Under the pieces are notes generated by a model that saw only the letters and a list, made by a program, of their open reading frames with translations, was not told where the DNA came from and ran no database searches. Below are positions 39,342 through 47,109 of a DNA stretch of 64,000 nucleotides, piece by piece. A program made the translations under genes and the position numbers. Origin of the DNA: Spirochaetota bacterium (GTDB taxonomy: Bacteria; Spirochaetota; UBA4802; UBA5550); contig OY760686.1 of assembly GCA_963663865.1 (NCBI GenBank), positions 2,880,001 to 2,944,000 on the forward strand. The letters run 5' to 3'. Every line of letters starts with the position of its first letter. Positions within the stretch are counted from its first letter, which is position 1.

Positions 39342-40184
39342 TTATTTAAAAAAATCCTTTGCTATCGCACGGCATTCCGCGGGTTTTTCGAGCGGAACCA
39401 TGTGTCCCGCCCCATTAAGAAGGCTGTAACTTCCCCGGGGAAAACGCGACGCGGCTCCCCTTAAATCCATATACTGCATAAACTCGCTTTCTCCTCCCTC
39501 GACAATGTGAACGGGACACTCTATACCCGCGGCAAGAGGCCACGGGTCAACGCATGAGCAGCCGAGAAGAAGGGAAGCCTCAACATCAGGACGGCATTTG
39601 AGCTTCAGCCCGCCATTTCCGTCAGAATTGAGAGCGTTCTCACTGTAAAGTCTCAATGACTCAGAATCCCAGCGCCTGAAGTAGGCCTTCGAGTTCAGGT
39701 ACTCTTCAAAATCACCCTGACTCTCAAATCTGTTCCTTCGCCGCACAGAACCGGAGGCGAGATGTTCTACGGGCTCTCCCCCGCCTTCGATATAGAATTC
39801 AGTAGAAAAGAATATCGGCTCGAACAGAAGCATAGCGCGCGGATTAAGTCCGTTGATAGCTGATGCAAGAATTGAGACCCCCGCACCCATAGAATGAGCC
39901 GTGATAATCGGTCGCTCAATGTCCAGCGCCAGACACAGCTCTTTGAGGTCGCCCGCGACAGCCGTCCAGGGTATGCCCCTACCGTTCGGATCAGCTTCAG
40001 AATCGCGATAATCACAGAAAAACGGCATTATAATCCTGAACCTGCCGGTAAACTCTGAAGCGATCGGCATCCAGATATGGGGAATAAGCCCCGCCGCGTG
40101 GAGAAAGATCATCGTCGTCTGTCCCTGCCCCGCTTCAAGATATTTTACCCCGGCACTGCCTATGTTTACTGTCTTCATTTTCAT
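39342..40184 (-). CDS. alpha/beta hydrolase
   Basis: FLHAAG oxyanion motif, AHSMG nucleophile elbow, GAGHMVPLEKP. Confidence 0.9.
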   Translation of the reverse strand: MKMKTVNIGSAGVKYLEAGQGQTTMIFLHAAGLIPHIWMPIASEFTGRFRIIMPFFCDYRDSEADPNGRGIPWTAVAGDLKELCLALDIERPIITAHSMGAGVSILASAINGLNPRAMLLFEPIFFSTEFYIEGGGEPVEHLASGSVRRRNRFESQGDFEEYLNSKAYFRRWDSESLRLYSENALNSDGNGGLKLKCRPDVEASLLLGCSCVDPWPLAAGIECPVHIVEGGESEFMQYMDLRGAASRFPRGSYSLLNGAGHMVPLEKPAECRAIAKDFFK

Positions 40185-40498
40185 TTGAGCCTATCCAGAA
40201 ATGATCCGCTTACCCGCACGACACTGCTCAGAACTGTTAAGCCCTGAACCGCTTCAGCCGAAATGACTCACGAATCATGTTTTTATATGTTTTATTTTGA
40301 CCATTAAGAGATATGCTTTTTATTAATCCAGAATTTAAACCTCAAAAGGCTTAAAAAAATTCTTGCTTTCACCGGAATTTGGTTTAGAATTCACAGCCGC
40401 CGCGGTTATCGGCCCCGCCGGTAAAAAATCACTACCATAGAAAACCTTTCTGCCGCGCGGCCGAATCCGATTCTGATTTAATTACGGAGTCGCAAACA

Positions 40499-40711
40499 AT
40501 GGGGTTTGCTGATAATCATTTTAATAATACAGAGCTTACCCGCTCTCCCGGCGAGTTTTCGGATAGACGCGGCCTCTTCGACAGGCGCATGACAGATTAT
40601 CTCAATCAGAGCCCTTTAAATCTGTATCAGAAGAGTGACTACGACCGCCGTGTATCAGAAAGGCGCAGAAATCCGGACAGAAGGTCATCCATACGCCTTA
40701 GAATTACCTGA
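40499..40711 (+). CDS. small Arg-rich protein with repeated [D/E]RRxxxDRR motifs
   Basis: ATG after GGAG; DRRGLFDRR, DRRVSERRRNPDRR. Confidence 0.6.
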   Translation: MGFADNHFNNTELTRSPGEFSDRRGLFDRRMTDYLNQSPLNLYQKSDYDRRVSERRRNPDRRSSIRLRIT

Positions 40712-40735
40712 GCAATCACCAGGAGGTCTCACACC

Positions 40736-41962
40736 ATGACAGCAGGACGCATAAGCGCATTCTTTTCCATACTTACGGCTTTCTTGCTTATATCCGGTAG
40801 CTGCAAAACGCTTCCGTCAAACACAAGGGCTACACGGAACCTGACTGTCGCCATCCTTACTGAAAATGAACAGCTAATTCGTCAGGCCATGATTGAGGGA
40901 GCCGATATTGACGCCCGCACACCGGACGGCCGGACACATCTTCACGCTGCCGCAACCTGCGAGAATCCCGACATAGCGCTTCTTCTTATCAAGCTTGGTT
41001 GCAGTAAAAACGAGCGCGACAGAGACGGCAACACGCCTCTGCACTACGCGATAATGAACAACCGTCTTCATACAGCGGAGGTCCTCATTGACAGGGCGGG
41101 AGGCATAGACCTCCGGAACAACGAAGGCAGAACACCGCTCCACACAGCGGTGCTGTCACTGCCCGGCATCTCGAAAGAGACCCCGTCAGCCGTTCCGGTA
41201 AAAGGAAACATCACTTCACATTTCGGTCTGAGAAAGTCGCCTTTCGGTGAAGAGTACGAGTTCCACGGAGGTCTCGACATCTCATCGCCTGAGGGTGCTC
41301 CTGTGAAGGCAGCCGCTGCGGGCAGGGTCGCAAAGGCAGGCTGGTTCGGAGGTTACGGATTAACAGTGATTATCTCGCACAGGTTCGGATTCGAAACAAT
41401 GTACGGGCATTGCCGTTCCATAAGGGTAAGCCAGGGGGCCAGCGTTGAGAAGGGGCAGATTATCGCAAGTGTGGGCAGCACCGGCAACACGACCGGCAGC
41501 CACTGCCACTACGAAATCAGGCTTAACGGCAGCCCTATAAACCCCTATCCCTACCTGAACACGAGCGTGGGTGAAAAGCCTAACGACATCTACTCAATTA
41601 CAAGGCTTCTCCTTTCAAAGAAAGCAGTAGTAAACTCGCGGGACAGCCAGAAAAGAACGCCTCTTCACGACGCGGTTCTACGCGATATCGGTACAGCCAG
41701 GCTCCTCGTCAACACCGGGGCTGACGTAAACGCGTGTGACAGCACGGGCCAGACTCCTCTGCACAACGCCGCTGCCGCAGGACCTGAAATAACGTCATAT
41801 CTGCTTGAACAGGGCGCGGACCCCTCCGCCAAGACAACCGCGGATATCTGTTCCATTTCAGGCATGCTTTTCCCGGCGGGCACAACCCCAGGCGACGTAG
41901 CGCTCAGGACAGGTCAGACAGAGAGCTACCGGATTCTTCTCAGGGCCATCTCTTCCCGATAA
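40736..41962 (+). CDS. lipoprotein with ankyrin repeats and an inserted M23 peptidase domain
   Basis: Lipobox ISGSC; multiple TPLH ankyrin repeats; M23 motifs HGGLD, YGH, STGNTTGSHCHYEIR. Confidence 0.88.
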   Translation: MTAGRISAFFSILTAFLLISGSCKTLPSNTRATRNLTVAILTENEQLIRQAMIEGADIDARTPDGRTHLHAAATCENPDIALLLIKLGCSKNERDRDGNTPLHYAIMNNRLHTAEVLIDRAGGIDLRNNEGRTPLHTAVLSLPGISKETPSAVPVKGNITSHFGLRKSPFGEEYEFHGGLDISSPEGAPVKAAAAGRVAKAGWFGGYGLTVIISHRFGFETMYGHCRSIRVSQGASVEKGQIIASVGSTGNTTGSHCHYEIRLNGSPINPYPYLNTSVGEKPNDIYSITRLLLSKKAVVNSRDSQKRTPLHDAVLRDIGTARLLVNTGADVNACDSTGQTPLHNAAAAGPEITSYLLEQGADPSAKTTADICSISGMLFPAGTTPGDVALRTGQTESYRILLRAISSR

Positions 41963-42058
41963 CCCTAATCCTCGCAAAAAAAGTACTCAACTTATAACCA
42001 ACAGGGGCCGAACAGGACAACAGGCCGTTCTTCTGTCCTGACGGCTCCGGAGGGTGCG

Positions 42059-42955
42059 ATGAACAGTATAACGCCCACAATTGAAGAGCTGTGTTCCGGC
42101 TTCGGATCCCCTTTCGGCGTGCCTGACTCCGCGCGCGGAAGCGGTATGCTTCAATATCTCATTCTCAGGTCACAGAACATTCATCCTTTCTCTCCGAATT
42201 TCGGGAAATTCGCTACTGAGCCCGCCGCGGCAGAGATAACTGGGCCCCATCCCCCCCCCGATTTCAAAAAAGCCGAAAAAACAGAAAATCATCATATAAA
42301 ACACGAAGCGCCGCGCCCGGAAACAAGGCTTTCAGCCGCGAAACAGGCCCTCCATGAGCTCGCCAGACTAACCGAGCTGCAGATAAACGAACCCCTGTGC
42401 CATCTTGAACGCATTTCCTGTTATACCGAGCTTCTGGCCCGCGGGCTCGCTGAGCGCAAAGGCTTCACCCGCTACCTCACCGAGTCGTACATACGCGATC
42501 TTGCCATGAGCAGCGTTCTTCACGACGTCGGGAAGGCCGCGGTACCAAAGGACATTTTACTCAAACCGGACAGGCTAAGCGCAGCTGAATTCGAAGCCCT
42601 GAAAAGGCACACGACAATGGGCCGTGATATTATCGACGCGGCATCGCGCATGGTCCCAAGAAGCGCTTATCTTAAAATGGGACGTGGAATAGCTCTTTCA
42701 CATCACGAAAGGTGGGACGGTTCCGGGTATCCCAGAGGACTGCGCGGCAGAAGGATTCCGCTGTCGGCCCGCATTGTCGCGGCGGCTGACGTCTACGACG
42801 CGCTCACAAGCAGGCGTCCCTACAAGTGCGCGTTTTCACACGAGGCGGCCCGCGATTACATAATCAGCAGAGCGGGGTCGCACTTTGACTCAGAGGTTGT
42901 GCGTGCTTTCTCAAGTGTCAGCTCCGCCTTTGAGAGTTTCAGGGAATCACTGTAA
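42059..42955 (+). CDS. HD-GYP cyclic-dinucleotide phosphodiesterase
   Basis: LHDVGK, HHERWDGSGYPRGL, ADVYDALTSRRPYK. Confidence 0.9.
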   Translation: MNSITPTIEELCSGFGSPFGVPDSARGSGMLQYLILRSQNIHPFSPNFGKFATEPAAAEITGPHPPPDFKKAEKTENHHIKHEAPRPETRLSAAKQALHELARLTELQINEPLCHLERISCYTELLARGLAERKGFTRYLTESYIRDLAMSSVLHDVGKAAVPKDILLKPDRLSAAEFEALKRHTTMGRDIIDAASRMVPRSAYLKMGRGIALSHHERWDGSGYPRGLRGRRIPLSARIVAAADVYDALTSRRPYKCAFSHEAARDYIISRAGSHFDSEVVRAFSSVSSAFESFRESL

Positions 42956-43143
42956 CAGCTTCTTCTTTACTTTTGTGATTGACATTATAATAACACCTTA
43001 TGTACAAATGCATCAGGATTTGTCTTCCAACCATGCACGACGGCACAGCAATGCTCTTAAGGTCTCCAGGCAGAACTGACCGTATAGGCTGCGAAACCCG
43101 TTGCAGGGTTCAGCCGTGAAATAAAATATCCGGATGGGGTGTT

Positions 43144-43662
43144 ATGAGATACGCGTTATTGCTTCTTGCGATTACAATCGCTTCTTCTCCTGTACTGTCT
43201 TCAGAAACTGACCAGAGCATTTCCGGCGATAACGCAAAAGCAGAAAACCGGCTCTCAAAACCCGACCACTCGCTGGGCTTTTCTACAGGATTTTCAATCG
43301 GTGTTGGTCCCACTTACCGTTACTGGCCTGGAAAATTTGGCGGCCAGATCACCTTTTTACCCTATATCGACAAAGACTATTTCTTATACTCTACGGCCAT
43401 AACCGGATTTGTCTCCTGGAAAGAAACAAGAATCACCAGATTCTTTTCATACGCCAGCATCCATTCATTCAACATTGATGATGATGATTATACCTGGAAA
43501 GACGGCCCGCATTCTTTCATTTCGGGAATAGGTATAGGAATTGAGTTTTTCTCGGATGAGAGCCTCTCGCTCAGCATTATGGGAGGATTTGCCGGATACA
43601 GAATTGATGACAAGGTGGAATTTTTTCCAACATATGACATGTCAGTAATGTACCTTTTTTAG
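43144..43662 (+). CDS. small outer-membrane beta-barrel protein (paralog 1)
   Basis: Signal peptide; HSLGFSTG...YRYWPGKFGGQITFLP; terminal Phe. Confidence 0.7.
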   Translation: MRYALLLLAITIASSPVLSSETDQSISGDNAKAENRLSKPDHSLGFSTGFSIGVGPTYRYWPGKFGGQITFLPYIDKDYFLYSTAITGFVSWKETRITRFFSYASIHSFNIDDDDYTWKDGPHSFISGIGIGIEFFSDESLSLSIMGGFAGYRIDDKVEFFPTYDMSVMYLF

Positions 43663-43778
43663 TTGCCTCATCACAAAGATGCAGTTATAAATAAAGTTGA
43701 TGCTTTTTTTTCTGAAATGAATAAGCCCTTTCGAGGCATAAGACTATGTTCAGTCATCATAAACTACCGGGGAACAAC

Positions 43779-44318
43779 ATGAAGAAGCCTGTGAAAATTA
43801 TTCTCTTAATATGCGCCGCCTTTTTATCAACGATGCTTCCGCTTTCTGCCGAAACCGAAACAGTCAAACCGAAGGACGATACCAGGCACGCGCTCGGACT
43901 CGCCGCGGGTCTGACCACTGGCTCAGGCCTCAGCTACCGATACTGGCCCGGGGACTTCGGCTTTCAGGCTACATTTCTGCCCAACACTGCCGCAGGAGAA
44001 CCCTACGTCAATGCAGGAATAACCCTCCTCTACCAGATAAGCAGGAGCCAGATCACCCGATTCTATCTCTATGCCAGCTCAAGACATCTCTTTAAAAAAT
44101 ACGACGAGGACTACTACGACTACGGCTCGGACTGGTACACCACAAAAGACGGCGAGAACTACAAGTATTCCCTCTCAATCGGAGCCGGCCCCGGCATCGA
44201 GATATTCCTGTTCGAAGATATCGGAATAAACCTGATGACCGGCTACGCTGTTCACAACATCAACCGCGACACAGTATTCACTATGACCGTTGAGAGCGCC
44301 GTCTTCTATAACTTCTGA
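43779..44318 (+). CDS. small outer-membrane beta-barrel protein (paralog 2)
   Basis: ATG at 43779 after GGGG; HALGLAAG...YRYWPGDFGFQATFLP; terminal YNF. Confidence 0.7.
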   Translation: MKKPVKIILLICAAFLSTMLPLSAETETVKPKDDTRHALGLAAGLTTGSGLSYRYWPGDFGFQATFLPNTAAGEPYVNAGITLLYQISRSQITRFYLYASSRHLFKKYDEDYYDYGSDWYTTKDGENYKYSLSIGAGPGIEIFLFEDIGINLMTGYAVHNINRDTVFTMTVESAVFYNF

Positions 44319-44322
44319 CAGG

Positions 44323-44871
44323 CTATTCCCCGTCTTCCACACGGCGTTCAGCGGAGTATTTCATGCTCCGCTTCGTCAGACGGGAAAAGGCTGCCGTTAT
44401 AAGCATTGCGACAAGGCAGCCGAGAACGACGCTGACCATTCTCTCAAAGGCGATATTCCACTGGAAATTTCTGTTGTTCTGAATAAGCACAATTACAAGG
44501 GCGGCAAGCGCCGTCCTTGTCGCGTTTCCCAGCTTCAGAAACGTGCATATCAATATGGTTGTTAAAACCGCCGCTACAAGGCTGATGAGGCCTCCCGATG
44601 GAACAAGCGTGAAGTAGACAAGCCCTACACCTGCTCCGGTGATGTTCGCCTTTATCCTGTCCAGAGAAAGCTTCAGGGAATCCTTCGTCTCAGGGGCCAG
44701 AACAAGCAGGACCGATATTATCGCCCACGAGAACTCATGTTCCGGAAAGAACAGATAGAGAGCATAGCACAGCGAGGCGCCAAGGGCGCACTGAACAAGA
44801 TAGAGGATAAATGTCAGCTTCTTAAGCTCGCAGTAATAATCCCGCCACAGCGATGCCATCAATGACTTCAT
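44323..44871 (-). CDS. FUSC / aromatic acid exporter family membrane protein
   Basis: WAIISVLLVLAP...DRIKANITGA...AFERMVSVVLG. Confidence 0.8.
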   Translation of the reverse strand: MKSLMASLWRDYYCELKKLTFILYLVQCALGASLCYALYLFFPEHEFSWAIISVLLVLAPETKDSLKLSLDRIKANITGAGVGLVYFTLVPSGGLISLVAAVLTTILICTFLKLGNATRTALAALVIVLIQNNRNFQWNIAFERMVSVVLGCLVAMLITAAFSRLTKRSMKYSAERRVEDGE

Positions 44872-45824
44872 TTAACGTACACTTCCCTGAAGCCCGCCGA
44901 CGCTGCGTTGAGTTCCGGCACAAACTCCTTAAACACATCCATCGCGGGAAGCTGCGAGTTTTCGTCTGCCTGCCTTCTGTCGCGCGCTCCGATAATCACC
45001 GCGCCGACTCCCTCAGCGCTCAGCGCCCATGCCGCGGCCGCCTGTGAGGGCCGGCATCCGGCCCTTTCAGACACTTCTCTCAGCTTTGAGACCAGCCTTT
45101 CAGCGGCCTCCCTGTAACTTTCTCTGTAGAACCTGTAAAAAAACGACCTGGCGTCATTCCTGGGAAAATGCGGGGGGCTGGTGTATTTTCCTGTAAGCAT
45201 CCCGCCTCCGAGCGTGCCGTAGACAAGCATCGGAACGCCGTTCCTGATTGACCATGGCAGAATACCTTCGTCAATGCCTCTTTCCAGCAGGGAGTACTGA
45301 TACTGCATGGAGTTAATCGCCGCGTACCGTCCGGATTCCTCTGCCTGCTCAACGCTGTAGTTTGAGAGGCCTATAAACCTTATTTTACCCGCGTCTTTCA
45401 GCCGGGTCATCGCTCCCATAACATCCTCAGCCGGAACGGATGGATCCGGCCAGTGGCACTGATACAGGTCAATGCAGTCTGTTCCCAACCGCCTGAGAGA
45501 AGCCTCCGCCTCGCGGTAAATCGACTCAGGCCTCAGATTATGCCTCATCCCGTTTTCCAGGTCGAGTCCGCATTTAGTGGCAATAAAAACAGAATCCCGC
45601 GTTCCCGAGACGGCCTCACCGACAAGCTCCTCTGCAAGGCCCGACCCGTAGGCGGGGGCCGTGTCAATGGCGTTCACTCCCCTCGCGATTGACTCCCTTA
45701 CTGCCTCAACGGCCTCCCTGCTGTCGCTGCCGCCCCATCCGGAGCCTCCCATTGCCCATGTCCCTAAAATTATCCTGGATACCTCATGAGAATCTTTTTC
45801 ATCAGATATTGTAAAGTATTCCAT
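44868..45824 (-). CDS. aldo/keto reductase
   Basis: GTWAMGG, DTAPAYG, ATKCG, DLYQCHWP, IGLSN. Confidence 0.93.
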   Translation of the reverse strand: MEYFTISDEKDSHEVSRIILGTWAMGGSGWGGSDSREAVEAVRESIARGVNAIDTAPAYGSGLAEELVGEAVSGTRDSVFIATKCGLDLENGMRHNLRPESIYREAEASLRRLGTDCIDLYQCHWPDPSVPAEDVMGAMTRLKDAGKIRFIGLSNYSVEQAEESGRYAAINSMQYQYSLLERGIDEGILPWSIRNGVPMLVYGTLGGGMLTGKYTSPPHFPRNDARSFFYRFYRESYREAAERLVSKLREVSERAGCRPSQAAAAWALSAEGVGAVIIGARDRRQADENSQLPAMDVFKEFVPELNAASAGFREVYVK

Positions 45825-46122
45825 ATTGCCTCCGCGTTTCCGGATAATTTGTAGCGTGTTTATTGTCAACTATGAAGCTCACACAGAAGTCTGTTCTGGC
45901 CTCTAAGGGCCTCTCAGCCGTATCTGATTGATCAATCGGACCTATCTCTATCGGGTAGGCCCGTTAAAGATAATTAACGGGGCCCTGTTCGCCCGCTGCA
46001 GCCTTTCCCGCGCGCAAAATGCTGCAAAATATGGTATTTCCAGTATTCTATGAAAAATCAGCCCGGTCCCGGATACCTTTTAAATATGATTGTATTGTTT
46101 TTCCGCGTTGTTAAGTTGAATT

Positions 46123-46461
46123 TTGATACTTTTCAGCGTTTTTTACACACAAGTATGTCAACTCATCATTACATTATGTAATCTTGACATAAATGTATGT
46201 CAACTTAACATAACATTATGTGACCTTTACATTATCGAGTGTCATCATTACATAACAGTATGCGACCTTTACATAATCGTATGTCAACTTTACATAACGT
46301 TATGTGACTTTTACATAATCAAGTGTCATCTTTACATAATGTTATGTGAATTTTACATAATAGAATGTAAACTTTACATAACGGAATGTGACTTTTTGTT
46401 AACTGCATGTCAACTCGACATGATGTTATATGTTCTTTTCATAATCTTATCTGTTATCTGA
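46123..46461 (+). CDS. possible Cys-heptad repeat protein (xCxLYIx), coding status uncertain
   Basis: Open frame across the whole 21-bp array with Cys every 7 residues (13 times); TTG start with no evident RBS. Confidence 0.3.
   Translation: MILFSVFYTQVCQLIITLCNLDINVCQLNITLCDLYIIECHHYITVCDLYIIVCQLYITLCDFYIIKCHLYIMLCEFYIIECKLYITECDFLLTACQLDMMLYVLFIILSVI
46154..46426. repeat. tandem array of 13 x 21-bp quasi-palindromic units
   Basis: Units begin every 21 nt (46154, 46175 ... 46406); consensus about TATGTCAACTTTACATAACGT. Confidence 0.9.
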
Positions 46462-46561
46462 TTTTTTCTCTACTTTTTTCTATTTTTTTTGTCAATTTCC
46501 ATGATAAATAAACACATTAGATGCATGAGTAATAATAAAATTAGGCAAGGAGGTAATTATA

Positions 46562-47059
46562 ATGCGTTCAGGACCCACCTTTCTGTTGACCTTTCTTATT
46601 TTGCTTTTATTATCAAGCTGCGACGGAGGATCTTCAGATGACAATACGCTAAACCCCGCTGAGAGCGCGGACCAGAACCTGCAGAGCGGGTCCATCGAGT
46701 TTGAAAAGATTACAGTCCTTAACCTCGAAGTGATGGATTCAGGATGTTTTGTTTTCAACTCCCGGGCTGAGTGGATTGAATTCACCGAAACCAACGATAT
46801 TTCAGATGATGCTCTTACTAATGTGGACTTTGATTCAAAAACAGTTCTGGCGGTTTTTGCCGGGAGGAAATCATCGGCGGGGTATTCGATTGACATCGTT
46901 TCAGTAACTAAAGCCTCGGGCGAAGCGCAAATTACCGTCTCTTACGAGGAGACCGTCCCGCCCGAAGACGGTATAACCGCCTCTGTTCTGACATACCCGT
47001 GCAGCTTTGTCACTATTTCCAAAACCGACACCCCGGTCATATTTCAGCAATCAGAATAA
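46562..47059 (+). CDS. PrcB C-terminal domain lipoprotein
   Basis: Lipobox LLSSC; VDFDSKTVLAVFAGRKSSAGYSIDI...VLTYPCSFVTISKT. Confidence 0.8.
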   Translation: MRSGPTFLLTFLILLLLSSCDGGSSDDNTLNPAESADQNLQSGSIEFEKITVLNLEVMDSGCFVFNSRAEWIEFTETNDISDDALTNVDFDSKTVLAVFAGRKSSAGYSIDIVSVTKASGEAQITVSYEETVPPEDGITASVLTYPCSFVTISKTDTPVIFQQSE

Positions 47060-47072
47060 CATCTTTTCTTAT

Positions 47073-47103
47073 TAAAAAAAAAGGGAGCCGCCAGGCTCCC
47101 TCT
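47073..47103 (-). terminator. rho-independent terminator
   Basis: GGGAGCC-GCCA-GGCTCCC stem with a poly-A flank (U-tract on the minus strand). Confidence 0.75.
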
Positions 47104-47109
47104 GATATT

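Noticed and set aside
39198-39464. 88-aa plus-strand ORF
   Set aside because: Low-complexity Lys-rich translation of intergenic A-runs that overlaps the hydrolase 3' end
46154-46426. CRISPR array interpretation of the 21-bp repeats
   Set aside because: Units are contiguous with only about 4 variable nt, there are no unique 25-45 nt spacers, and no cas genes are in the window
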